Origin: Candidatus Bathyarchaeota archaeon
GTDB lineage: Archaea > Thermoproteota > Bathyarchaeia > Bathyarchaeales > Bathycorpusculaceae
NCBI GenBank assembly: GCA_963833575.1
Contig: CAWHXY010000008.1
Coordinates: 128,001 to 192,000 of the forward strand
Reading direction: 5' to 3'
DNA: 64,000 nt
Each line of letters opens with the position of its first letter. Position 1 is the first letter of the stretch. The notes beneath the pieces are model-generated. The model saw only the letters and a program-made list of their open reading frames with translations, did no database searches and was not told the origin of the DNA. A program made the position numbers and the translations under genes. Positions 39,043-48,446 of the stretch are shown in pieces.

Positions 39043-40653
39043 TTGGTATATTCGACATTGACAGATAAAAAAGCGCTTAGAGAAATCATAACCACGCTTA
39101 TGGAAATGCCTAATCCCACGCGTGAGGATGCTAATCGGCTAAAAATAAAAACTACAGGCAAATACCAACTTGAAGAGATTCCTTCAAACGCCGATTTAAT
39201 TTGTCTTCTAACCGCAAAAGAAACAAAACGGCTCTTGCCTATTTTGAGAAGAAAAACTACCCGAGGCATTTCGGGCGTAACAGTTATCGCTACCATGACT
39301 AAACCTTATCCGTGCCCACAGCCTGAACCATGCGCTTATTGCCCAGGCGGACCAACCCAAGGCTCTCCGCAAAGCTACACAGGACATGAACCAGCAGCCA
39401 TGCGTGGAAGCCAAAACAACTTTGACCCCTACCAGCAAGTCATGAGCCGAATTGAACAACTCACAGCCATCGGGCACAAAGTAGACAAAATAGAATTAAT
39501 CATCATGGGTGGAACATTCCCAGCTACACCCACGGAATATCAAACTTGGTTTATCCAGCGCTGCCTTGACGCGATAACATGCAAAACGTCAGCAAGTTTG
39601 GAGGAGGCGAAGGCAAACGCTGAAGTGAGCAAAACCCGCAATGTCGGCATAACTGTGGAGACGCGTCCTGACTGGGCAAAGCAACCCCACGTTGACGCGA
39701 TGCTTGACATGGGAGTTACGCGAATTGAGCTTGGCGTCCAAAACCCAGATGATGAAATTTACCGTTTAGTCGGAAGGACACACACTGTAGCCGATGTGAT
39801 CGATGCAACGCGTATAGCCAAGGACGCTGGACTGAAAATTGGTTATCACTTAATGCCTGGAATGCCCGGGTCTAACCCCAAAAAAGACATTATAGCATTT
39901 AAAAAAGTCTTTACTGATTCAACTTTCAAACCTGACATGATAAAAATTTACCCGTGCCTTTGCATAGCCGGTACGAAAGCAAACGAATGGTATCAACAAG
40001 GTAGCTACGAGCCCTACACAACAGAACAAGCTTCAGAAGTAATAGCTGAAATCAAAAAATTCATCCCGCCATGGATAAGAGTAATGCGTGTTCAACGCGA
40101 TATTCCGTCACGCCTTATTTTGGCTGGAGTTAAGAAAAGCAATCTTCGTCAACTTGCTAATGACGAACTTCATCAGCAAGGAGGCAAATGTCAATGCATC
40201 CGGTGTAGAGAGGTTGGACATAGACTGGCAGTTGACCATATGAAACCGGACTTGGAAAAAGTCAAAATCCAATCCCTCATCTACGAGGCTTCAGAAGGCA
40301 AAGAAGTCTTCATTTCCGTGGAAGATTTTGAAAACAAAATTCTCTTAGGCTACTTACGCATGCGCGTTCCATCCCCAAAGGCTCACAGACCAGAAATCAC
40401 TGAGACCCCCTCAGCGATTGTTCGGGAGCTTCACGTTTATGGTCCACTTGTTCCAGTTGGAAAGCATGCGGCAGGCGCTTGGCAACATAAAGGGTTTGGC
40501 GCAGAATTGCTAAAGGAAGCTGAACGCATGGCACGAGAAGATTTTGGTTTGAAAAAGCTTTTAGTCATAAGTGCATTAGGAACAAGAAGATATTACAGGC
40601 GTTTCGGGTACGAACGCGACGGAGTTTACGTTTCCAAAAAACTGGAGAATTAA
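39043..40653 (+). CDS. elp3: tRNA uridine(34) acetyltransferase Elp3 (radical SAM plus KAT)
   Basis: CP..PC.YCPGG, MGGTF, ETRPD, RELHVYG, QHKGFG. Confidence 0.96.
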   Translation: MVYSTLTDKKALREIITTLMEMPNPTREDANRLKIKTTGKYQLEEIPSNADLICLLTAKETKRLLPILRRKTTRGISGVTVIATMTKPYPCPQPEPCAYCPGGPTQGSPQSYTGHEPAAMRGSQNNFDPYQQVMSRIEQLTAIGHKVDKIELIIMGGTFPATPTEYQTWFIQRCLDAITCKTSASLEEAKANAEVSKTRNVGITVETRPDWAKQPHVDAMLDMGVTRIELGVQNPDDEIYRLVGRTHTVADVIDATRIAKDAGLKIGYHLMPGMPGSNPKKDIIAFKKVFTDSTFKPDMIKIYPCLCIAGTKANEWYQQGSYEPYTTEQASEVIAEIKKFIPPWIRVMRVQRDIPSRLILAGVKKSNLRQLANDELHQQGGKCQCIRCREVGHRLAVDHMKPDLEKVKIQSLIYEASEGKEVFISVEDFENKILLGYLRMRVPSPKAHRPEITETPSAIVRELHVYGPLVPVGKHAAGAWQHKGFGAELLKEAERMAREDFGLKKLLVISALGTRRYYRRFGYERDGVYVSKKLEN

Positions 40654-40655
40654 GC

Positions 40656-42020
40656 ATGAGTCAACTTGAAAATTCAAATTACACTGGCGCAGCAATTGAC
40701 GCCCTAAGAAAAGCAGACTGTGACATCGGCGACATAATAAAAGTTACCAGCAAAGAAAAAACCTACGAAGGCATCCTAATACCCCGCTCAGAACTAGGCG
40801 AGGGCACTGTTGTAATTGTTAAGATGAAAAGCGGATACAACATTGGTATCCGGGTAACGTCAGAAGTCAAAATCGAAAAAGTTGGAAAAGGCTCAAAACC
40901 CGCCTTTGCATCACCTCCCTTGCCAAAACAGAATCCTGCTTTGCCGCATGTTGTCATAATGAGTACGGGGGGAACAATCGCTAGTCGAGTGGACTACCGA
41001 ACGGGAGCAGTTCGCTCAGCTATTTCTGCAAGTGACCTTTACGGCGTGGTCCCTGAACTCTCCGACATAGCAAAAGTTGACACAGAAATCGTTTTCAGCC
41101 TATACAGTGAAAACATTACTCAAAAGCATTGGAAAGAACTTGCTGAAACCGTTGCTAAACGAATAGAGTCAGGCGTTAACGGCGTGGTAATTGCCCATGG
41201 CACCGATACAATGGCTTACACTTCAGCTGCTTTGAGCTTTGCGCTGCAGAATCTGCCTGTTCCGGTTGTGGTTGTTGGCGCACAACGTTCATCTGACCGT
41301 CCAAGCAGTGACGCAGCAACAAACCTCATTGGTGCAGTGAAAGCCGCCGGAGAAGGACCCTTCGCTGAGGTAGGTTTAGCTATGCATGAAACAGTTTCAG
41401 ATATTGCAACAGTCGTTCACAGAGGTACTAAGGTACGAAAATGCCACACCAGCCGAAGAGACACCTTCAAATCAATCAACGGGTTCCCAATCGCCCAAGT
41501 AAAAGATCAAAAAGTTACCATGCTAACAAATCAATACCAGCGTCGCGATTCCTCAAAGAAGCTGATACTCAAATCAAACTTCAGCGAAAATGTTGCGTTA
41601 GTCAAATTTTATCCAGGTCTAGATTCAGGAGTAATCGACTATTATGTCAACAAAGGCATAAAGGGCATTTTGCTTGAGGGCTCGGGCTTGGGGCATGTTA
41701 GCAAATTTTGCTTTGATAGTATCAAAAATGCTGTTGCAAAAGGCGTTGTGGTTGCGTTGGCTTCTCAGTGCATTTGGGGAAGAGTAAACATGAATGTGTA
41801 TGATACTGGCAGAGATTTGCTCTCTTTTGGTGTAATCCCAACAGACGATATGTTCCCTGAAACAGCCCTTGTCAAACTAATGTGGGTCCTTGGACAAACC
41901 GACGACGCTCAAGAAGCCATAAAACTTTTCAGAACTAACATTGCAGGGGAATTCTCCCCAAGAACGCTTCCGCAAGAGCGCATAGTTGAAGGAGGAGAAA
42001 AAAGTGGCAATCGATTATAA
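40656..42020 (+). CDS. gatD: Glu-tRNA(Gln) amidotransferase subunit D
   Basis: STGGTIASRVDYRTG, HGTDTM, GAQRSSDRPSSD. Confidence 0.97.
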   Translation: MSQLENSNYTGAAIDALRKADCDIGDIIKVTSKEKTYEGILIPRSELGEGTVVIVKMKSGYNIGIRVTSEVKIEKVGKGSKPAFASPPLPKQNPALPHVVIMSTGGTIASRVDYRTGAVRSAISASDLYGVVPELSDIAKVDTEIVFSLYSENITQKHWKELAETVAKRIESGVNGVVIAHGTDTMAYTSAALSFALQNLPVPVVVVGAQRSSDRPSSDAATNLIGAVKAAGEGPFAEVGLAMHETVSDIATVVHRGTKVRKCHTSRRDTFKSINGFPIAQVKDQKVTMLTNQYQRRDSSKKLILKSNFSENVALVKFYPGLDSGVIDYYVNKGIKGILLEGSGLGHVSKFCFDSIKNAVAKGVVVALASQCIWGRVNMNVYDTGRDLLSFGVIPTDDMFPETALVKLMWVLGQTDDAQEAIKLFRTNIAGEFSPRTLPQERIVEGGEKSGNRL

Positions 42021-43899
42021 AGCAATAGGATTAAAAGTTGGCTTAGAAATCCACCAGCAGCTAAACGTCAATTCAAAACTCTTTTGCAGTTGCCCGCCTG
42101 AACTCTTCAAAGAGGACCCAGAAACAACTTTTCTGCGGCGATTGCGGCCAACACAAAGTGAACTTGGACAAATTGATCCCGCCGCTTATTTTGAATTCCA
42201 AAAAGGCGTAAAAATCCTCTATGAAGCCAGCAAAAGCAGCTCCTGCCTTGTCGAAATGGATGAGGAACCGCCGCACCCCATAAATTTGGATGCTGTGGAA
42301 GTGGTTTTAACTGCTTCTTTAATGATGAATATGCAGCCCGTTGATGAAGTTCATGTTATGCGCAAAACAGTCATTGATGGGTCAAACACTACTGGCTTTC
42401 AGCGTACTTGCATCATAGCTTTGGATGGCTGGATTAAGGTTGGAGAAAAAACTATTCCGATGCAAGCAGCAAGCCTTGAAGAGGATGCAGCGCGCAAAAC
42501 AGGCACCCAAGATGAAGGCAAAACTATCCGTTATCGCATTGACCGTTTAGGAATACCGTTAATTGAGGTGGCAACAGCTCCTGTGATTTACTCACCCATG
42601 GAAGCTCAGGAAGTTGCGTTCGCAATTGGCCGGATTCTGCGTGATACTGGTAAAGTGATGCGAGGTCTGGGCACTATACGCCAAGATCTTAACGTGTCTT
42701 TGCCAAATGGCGCTCTAATAGAAATAAAAGGTGTCCAGGAACTTGAGTTAATCTCTAAAGTTGTTGAGTACGAGGTTGAACGGCAACTTGGGCTTATTAG
42801 TGTAAAAGAGGAACTGGCTAAGCGAGGGATCAAAGCAGAGGATCTCAAGCAAGAATTCGTTGACGTTACCGAAATTTTCAAACAAACAAAAAGCAAAGTT
42901 ATCCGCAAGGCAGTGGATAGAAATCAGAAGGTAATGGCTGTTAAATTACCAAAATATGGTGGATTGCTGAAACGTGAACTTATGCCTGATTTTCGAGTTG
43001 GAACCGAACTTTCAGACAGGGCAAAGTTCTGGGGCAGAGTCGGCGGAATATTCCACACAGACGAAATGCCCAATTACGGCATAACCCCCGAAGAAGTAGA
43101 CGCTCTCCGCAAAGCAACTAACGCAGCCGGATCAGATGCAGTTGTTTTTGTTGCTGACACAGCAGAAAACGTTCTGGATGCATTAAAAGCAGTTGTTGAA
43201 CGAGCACAAGAAGCATTAACGGGAATTCCTGCCGAAACACGAACAGCAAAAGATGATGGGACAACAAGATATATGCGGCCAAGACCTGGAGCAGCCAGAA
43301 TGTACCCTGAAACCGACATTCCCCCAACATCAATAACAGAAGAACTAGTAACAACGATTCGCAATAATCTGCCTGAGCCTGCAGAAAAGAAAGTTGCTCG
43401 CCTCATCAAGCAGTATGGTTTAAATGAAAAGTTAGCCAAACAGCTTCCTGACTCAGAATATAACCTTCTTTTTGAGCAAATCGTTAAGGAAACAGGTGTT
43501 CAGGCCTCAACCGTGGCTGCATTCTTAACTGAGACTTTGAAAGCTCTTAGACGAGACGGCATCCAAGTCGACCTTGTCAATGAAGACCAAATTAAAAACA
43601 TCTTTGACGCGATCGGTTCAGGAGAACTTGCAAAAGAAGCCATAGCAGATGTTTTCGGTTGGCTTTCGAAGAATGAAGATAAAACCGTACAGGATGCAGT
43701 GCAAGCGTTGGGTCTAAAAATGTTCACTGAAGCGGATCTCATGCCGATCATCGACCGAGTAATATCCATAAACAAGCAACAGATTGAAAAACTTGGCAAA
43801 AACGCCAACGGCATGATAATGGGCGCTATCATGAAAGAAGTTCGAGGCAAAGCTAACCCTGAATTAGTCACTAAACTTTTGAAAGAACGCCTCAAATAG
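42004..43899 (+). CDS. gatE: Glu-tRNA(Gln) amidotransferase subunit E
   Basis: GLKVGLEIHQQL, DGSNTTGFQRT, RMYPETD; GTG start at 42004. Confidence 0.97.
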   Translation: MAIDYKAIGLKVGLEIHQQLNVNSKLFCSCPPELFKEDPETTFLRRLRPTQSELGQIDPAAYFEFQKGVKILYEASKSSSCLVEMDEEPPHPINLDAVEVVLTASLMMNMQPVDEVHVMRKTVIDGSNTTGFQRTCIIALDGWIKVGEKTIPMQAASLEEDAARKTGTQDEGKTIRYRIDRLGIPLIEVATAPVIYSPMEAQEVAFAIGRILRDTGKVMRGLGTIRQDLNVSLPNGALIEIKGVQELELISKVVEYEVERQLGLISVKEELAKRGIKAEDLKQEFVDVTEIFKQTKSKVIRKAVDRNQKVMAVKLPKYGGLLKRELMPDFRVGTELSDRAKFWGRVGGIFHTDEMPNYGITPEEVDALRKATNAAGSDAVVFVADTAENVLDALKAVVERAQEALTGIPAETRTAKDDGTTRYMRPRPGAARMYPETDIPPTSITEELVTTIRNNLPEPAEKKVARLIKQYGLNEKLAKQLPDSEYNLLFEQIVKETGVQASTVAAFLTETLKALRRDGIQVDLVNEDQIKNIFDAIGSGELAKEAIADVFGWLSKNEDKTVQDAVQALGLKMFTEADLMPIIDRVISINKQQIEKLGKNANGMIMGAIMKEVRGKANPELVTKLLKERLK

Positions 43900-43981
43900 G
43901 CTGTTTTTTCATTAAAACCAGCACTGAGCCGCAAATCCTAAAAGGTTTAGCATAGCTTATAGAATAAAGAGGCTCATTCTA

Positions 43982-44452
43982 TTGAAGCACATTGAAGCGC
44001 GTATAAAAACTCCATTCGGAGAAGTCATAATTGAAGGCGAAAATCCCCAAGATATACTTGACATGTTGGGAAATATTCCAGAAAACTTCGTTGAGAAATT
44101 ATCCGATTTTGTTTCAGATAAGCTAACACCGTCAGGGGCACAATTAAAAGGAATCGTTGAATCAACAACTGAAGGACCAGTAATAGTTACACGTGAAAAC
44201 CTCACCCATTACGAAGCAGTAGGATTGATTCTATATGCTTCTGACGAAAGAAAAAACACAGCCTCACAAATCCAGAAACAGTTGGAAAGCAGCGGAATAA
44301 AAAGCATGGTTCCCGCACGATTAAACGAAATGACTAAACGGGGTCAAGTCTTCAAGCCCGATCCTAACAAGCCAGAGTTTAAACTTACCATCCAAGGCGA
44401 GAAATGGGTTGAAGACGAAGTGCTTACCAAAATTAGAGGCAAAATGAGTTGA
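43982..44452 (+). CDS. Hypothetical protein with C-terminal winged helix
   Basis: ARLNEMTKRG.V.K...FKLT.QG.KWV. Confidence 0.75.
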   Translation: MKHIEARIKTPFGEVIIEGENPQDILDMLGNIPENFVEKLSDFVSDKLTPSGAQLKGIVESTTEGPVIVTRENLTHYEAVGLILYASDERKNTASQIQKQLESSGIKSMVPARLNEMTKRGQVFKPDPNKPEFKLTIQGEKWVEDEVLTKIRGKMS

Positions 44453-44961
44453 GTGGAAAAACAGAAAAAGTGCAAGTTCATCTTAAATATAAAGAGCTTG
44501 AAGAGCAGTTTGCCGCTGAACCTCAAGAAGCTTGGTTATTGATTAACCAGTTTTTCAAAAATTTTATTCCTTCTTTTGAAATTGCTCAAAAAATCTGGCT
44601 TAACATCGACCTGCAACAGCTTGCTAAAGACCTAGACGGCATAGCGGCGTTTTCAAGTGACGGTGCAAGCTTGCTGATCCCTAAAAACAAGTTAACTGAC
44701 AATGACACATTGTCGATTTGGCTTACAGCGCATTATCTTGGACACAAACTTGGAATGGTTAACAATGATGCTTTATCGAAAGATGAATTGCAGATGAAGC
44801 TTGGAAAAAGCGGAAAGATAACCAGCACCCGTTTAGGAGAGCTATCGAAAAACGGACTGGTGCAGAAGACCGTTGATGATAAGTTTAGAATAGCCATTAT
44901 GGGTGTTGTTCAAACTCAAAAGGAAATTATTCCTAAAATAAAATCCAAAATGAAACCCTAA
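44449..44961 (+). CDS. Hypothetical protein with C-terminal winged helix
   Basis: TRLGELSKNGLVQK....FRI...G; 4 bp overlap with the upstream gene. Confidence 0.75.
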   Translation: MSGKTEKVQVHLKYKELEEQFAAEPQEAWLLINQFFKNFIPSFEIAQKIWLNIDLQQLAKDLDGIAAFSSDGASLLIPKNKLTDNDTLSIWLTAHYLGHKLGMVNNDALSKDELQMKLGKSGKITSTRLGELSKNGLVQKTVDDKFRIAIMGVVQTQKEIIPKIKSKMKP

Positions 44962-45033
44962 TTTTCTCCACAAGAAAGAGCCTAAGAAAAATATATTTAC
45001 TTGCGTGCTACACTTTTTTGTTGAGGTTAACTC

Positions 45034-45285
45034 ATGAATTTTGCGATGTTAATGGCTATAATTTACTCAATTCTAAGCAGCTTGAATCTTAGTTGGTTGA
45101 ATATACCTTTACTTATCGCTCTAGTCATTGTCGGTCTGATAATAATAATTCTGATAAAGCTGTTTTTGGTTCTGATTCCCGCAATAATTGTTGCTGCTAT
45201 CGTGTACTTCCTCACTGGCGACCTGCTGTGGACTGGCATTGCTTTCCTTGTAGTTGCACTCATATCGATAGTAGCCAAAATATAG
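45034..45285 (+). CDS. Small very hydrophobic membrane protein
   Basis: 83 aa, almost entirely aliphatic; GAGGT upstream. Confidence 0.7.
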   Translation: MNFAMLMAIIYSILSSLNLSWLNIPLLIALVIVGLIIIILIKLFLVLIPAIIVAAIVYFLTGDLLWTGIAFLVVALISIVAKI

Positions 45286-45389
45286 CTCCAAACACTGAAG
45301 ATCCAAAACCCAAAACCATTTTTTCTTATTATTTGAGTTTGTAGTGGAAGAGGTTTTGTTGAATATCGTTACCGCCTGCTTGTTCGAAG

Positions 45390-45710
45390 CTAAACCAATG
45401 GGTGACTTGATACATCTTTGAAAGCAAGTCTTTCAGGTTCTGTTCCCTCTTCGTCTGTTCTGCCTTTTTCATCGAAGGGTGTTACTTTTCGTCTGCTTAC
45501 GTTATAGGTTAATATTTTAGTGTCGTCTGCTTGAATTTCATCTAGTAGAGCCATAGTTTTTGTAAGAAGAGAATCAAAAAGACTTTGGTTTGGCAATTGA
45601 ATACCGCTATTCCGTAACCAATCACAAGTGACAGCAAGTTGCTCTAATAATTCCATATTTAACTGAGACATTCGTTTGAGCTCCGTCAAAGAATCAATAA
45701 TTTCTGACAT
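45390..45710 (-). CDS. IS passenger hypothetical protein; reads through the left inverted repeat
   Basis: ATG at 45710, 4 bp after the upstream stop; stop lies outside the element. Confidence 0.6.
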   Translation of the reverse strand: MSEIIDSLTELKRMSQLNMELLEQLAVTCDWLRNSGIQLPNQSLFDSLLTKTMALLDEIQADDTKILTYNVSRRKVTPFDEKGRTDEEGTEPERLAFKDVSSHPLV

Positions 45711-45714
45711 AGAA

Positions 45715-46125
45715 TCATGTTGCAAGGTCGTTTTCCGCCATTTTCCGTTTATATGCTTCCATACTTTTTCTCGTTTCTTCAATTTGTTTCTTAAACTGCT
45801 TAGCAAATTCAACGGCTGAAGCAATTTCTTTCGAATTGACTTTTGCACCTAGGTCTATGGCGACTTCTTCAAGCCATTGCATTCGATGGTCAAGATTTTG
45901 AACCGAATAATTCAGTTGTAAGGCTAATCTTTCAAAGTTATCCCATACATCTTCAAACTCTTGGAATGCTATCTTTCCTATTACCCATTTTGTCGGATTT
46001 TCGGATGTAGTTGAATGTATTCTCCGTTCGCATGTTGTTAAAAATCTTTTATTGATCGCTTTTCTTTCCCCAAATACACGCTCGATTTCTCGTTCTTTTT
46101 CCTCATATTGTTTATCATCAGTCAT
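45715..46125 (-). CDS. IS passenger coiled-coil protein
   Basis: ATG at 46125 overlaps the RHH stop (ATGA). Confidence 0.7.
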   Translation of the reverse strand: MTDDKQYEEKEREIERVFGERKAINKRFLTTCERRIHSTTSENPTKWVIGKIAFQEFEDVWDNFERLALQLNYSVQNLDHRMQWLEEVAIDLGAKVNSKEIASAVEFAKQFKKQIEETRKSMEAYKRKMAENDLAT

Positions 46126-46280
46126 TTCTTGCACTTTTCCTGTTTTGCTATCCAATCTCTTACAGCTTGATCTATAAGTTCGCCAAGCGAGATTTCGCAA
46201 TCTATAGCGGCTTTTCTTGCCTCTTTCCATAAGTTAGAATTAACTCGGAGAGAGGTTACTATTTCTTTTTTATCATCCAT
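46122..46280 (-). CDS. Ribbon-helix-helix (CopG/Arc-like) protein, 52 aa (not in ORF track)
   Basis: MDDKKEIVTSLRVNSNLWKEARKAAIDCEISLGELIDQAVRDWI; GGTGA Shine-Dalgarno. Confidence 0.8.
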   Translation of the reverse strand: MDDKKEIVTSLRVNSNLWKEARKAAIDCEISLGELIDQAVRDWIAKQEKCKK

Positions 46281-46297
46281 TCATTTCACCATCAATA

Positions 46298-46388
46298 ACT
46301 ACATAGTATTGTAGTATTTATGTTTTTGTAGGTTTGTATATATGTTTATATGAGTGTGTGACTAATACTACAAAGTAGTGATGTAGTA
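46298..46388. promoter_or_regulatory. Divergent promoter with two ACTACA...TGTAGT inverted repeats (putative RHH operators)
   Basis: ACTACA-N6-TGTAGT at 46298-46315 and ACTACA-N9-TGTAGT at 46367-46387 flank a TATA-rich core. Confidence 0.6.
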
Positions 46389-47503
46389 TGCTAACAAATG
46401 AAAGAGAAGAAAGGGGTCAAGCAATCGCACAAGGCAACGGGCAAGTAAGACGCATAGACCAAGATCACTATGCTGTAAAATCGCAATCTCAGCATGGCGA
46501 ATATTGGGTTAGTAGAGTAGGTGAAGAATGGTTATGCGAATGCCCAGATAATCATTGGCGACACACTATTTGCAAGCACATCTACGCTGTTGACTTCTCT
46601 ATTCAGCTAAGAAAAGAGGTTTTAGCGCATGGTCAAGTCATTCAAGAGGTTAATATTTCAAACTGCCGTTTTTGCGGTTCAAGCAACCTAAAGAAAGACG
46701 GAGTAAGAAAAAACAAATGTGGCACAATTCAAAAATTCTTTTGCCGAGACTGCAAACACTACTTCACAGTTAACATAGGCTTCGAGCGTATGAAACATAG
46801 TCCTCAAGCAGTCACAAGCGCTATGCAACTGTACTTTTCAGGTGAAAGCTTAAGAAATACTCAGAAATCGCTTAAACTGTTAGGTGTTGAGGTTTCGCAT
46901 AAGACTGTTTTCATGTGGATAAAAAAATACTGTAATTTAATGCAAGAGTACGTTGAAACTCTCAAGCCAAATGTGAGCGACACATGGAGAGCCGATGAAA
47001 TTTTCATAAAGATAAGTGGGAATCAAAAATATTTGTTTGCTATGATGGATGATGAAACAAGGTTTTGGATAGCTCAAGAAGTAGCAGAAACAAAATATCA
47101 ACATGATGCAAGAATCCTGTTGAGAATGTCCAAAGAACTGATGGATAAGAAGCCTTTGACTTTCATAACTGATGGTTTAAAGTCTTATAATGAAGCGTAT
47201 AAACGTGAATTTTTCACTAAGCAGAATCCGAGAACTCAACACATTCGACACATAACTATCAGAGGCGATAAAAACAATAACAAAATGGAACGGTTAAACG
47301 GTGAAATTCGAGACAGGGAAAAGACTATGAGGGGATTAAAAATCAAAGAGACACCAATTCTCAAAGGCTATCAACTATTCCATAACTACATTAGACCACA
47401 TCAAGCATTAGACGGCAAAACACCTAGCGAAGCGTGTGGAATAACGATTGAAGGCAAAAATAAGTGGATAACTTTAATTCAGAACGCCAGTAAGAAAAAT
47501 TAG
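46388..47503 (+). CDS. IS6-family DDE transposase with N-terminal SWIM and zinc-ribbon domains
   Basis: CECPD..CKH (SWIM), CRFC..CRDC, WRADE, ITDG..SY, NNKMER, HNYIRPH. Confidence 0.92.
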   Translation: MLTNEREERGQAIAQGNGQVRRIDQDHYAVKSQSQHGEYWVSRVGEEWLCECPDNHWRHTICKHIYAVDFSIQLRKEVLAHGQVIQEVNISNCRFCGSSNLKKDGVRKNKCGTIQKFFCRDCKHYFTVNIGFERMKHSPQAVTSAMQLYFSGESLRNTQKSLKLLGVEVSHKTVFMWIKKYCNLMQEYVETLKPNVSDTWRADEIFIKISGNQKYLFAMMDDETRFWIAQEVAETKYQHDARILLRMSKELMDKKPLTFITDGLKSYNEAYKREFFTKQNPRTQHIRHITIRGDKNNNKMERLNGEIRDREKTMRGLKIKETPILKGYQLFHNYIRPHQALDGKTPSEACGITIEGKNKWITLIQNASKKN

Positions 47504-47799
47504 GGTTTTTTAGATTGCCCTTCTATCATTCCTTCGATATGTGCTATTCTTTCGCCTTGTTTTGATATTGTATCATTTAATTTATGTAGCCTTTCAAGAA
47601 CTATGGCGAACAATGATGCAGAAGCTATGAATCCTAAATCAAAGCTGAATGTTATTCCTTCGGGGTCAATGTTGAAAACTGCTTTCAATATTCCAAAGCC
47701 TTTCAAGAATAGAATTATGATTAAAATTCCAGCGATATAATAGAGGTAATGGCTATAATCTTTCTTCTTTTTCTTTATTTTTGGCATTTCTACACCCAT
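47500..47799 (-). CDS. IS passenger two-TM protein with coiled-coil tail
   Basis: 99 aa; ERIAHIEG tail; convergent with the transposase. Confidence 0.65.
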   Translation of the reverse strand: MGVEMPKIKKKKKDYSHYLYYIAGILIIILFLKGFGILKAVFNIDPEGITFSFDLGFIASASLFAIVLERLHKLNDTISKQGERIAHIEGMIEGQSKKP

Positions 47800-47852
47800 A
47801 GCCTAAACCTCTTTGTAACAAAATAAGATTTTCCAAAGAAAAGAGAAAAATT

Positions 47853-48050
47853 TTACTTCTTTTTGTTGGTGTCAACAGTTGGCAAGTCAAAACGGTTTGG
47901 TGCGCTTAGCCATTGGTCAACGTTTCTGGCTTGTGGCGCTTTCAAACTTCGATCAATCGCTTTAGCATGACCACTTCTGTTAGCCTGAACCCTTCTTGCA
48001 TGCCTAATCTGACTACCATAACCCGAACCACTTCTTCCACGATAACTCAA
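47853..48050 (-). CDS. IS passenger small basic Arg/Gly/Ser-rich protein
   Basis: 65 aa; GAGGTTGA upstream of the TTG. Confidence 0.6.
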   Translation of the reverse strand: MSYRGRSGSGYGSQIRHARRVQANRSGHAKAIDRSLKAPQARNVDQWLSAPNRFDLPTVDTNKKK

Positions 48051-48200
48051 CCTAAATCAACCTCAATAGAAAAAACAGACGAAAAGTAACATGGATAGTC
48101 AACTGACGGAGAAGTAACAGAACCGTCTTTCATAATGCTTTTATATTTGGTGAGGGGTTCATGGATAATACAGCAATATACTAGGATACGGTAATAAGAT

Positions 48201-48446
48201 ATGATGATGGAACCAAGTAAAAAACCGTTGAATGTTCTCATAAAACAGTTGCACGGAAATATCGAAGTTGTTCTCAAAAACGGTTACGAATATAAAGGAA
48301 AAATGATAAAGTGCGACGGGCACATGAACATTCTTCTTGAAGGCGCCAACGAATTAAAAGACGATCAACTAATGACAAACTACGGCAACGTTCTTCTACG
48401 CGGAAACAACATTCTCTATATAGTGCTCGACGCCAACAAACATTAA
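48201..48446 (+). CDS. Sm-like (LSm/SmAP) protein
   Basis: KPL..L, VVLKNG.EY.G....DGHMN..L, LRGNNI. Confidence 0.95.
   Translation: MMMEPSKKPLNVLIKQLHGNIEVVLKNGYEYKGKMIKCDGHMNILLEGANELKDDQLMTNYGNVLLRGNNILYIVLDANKH

Larger units (their letters stand above)
45436..48124 (+). mobile_element. IS6-family element with passenger genes, 2,689 bp
   Basis: Ends GGTTCTGTTCCCTCTTCGTC / GACGGAGAAGTAACAGAACC (17/20 inverted); 8 bp duplication GTCTTTCA at 45428-45435 and 48125-48132. Confidence 0.92.
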
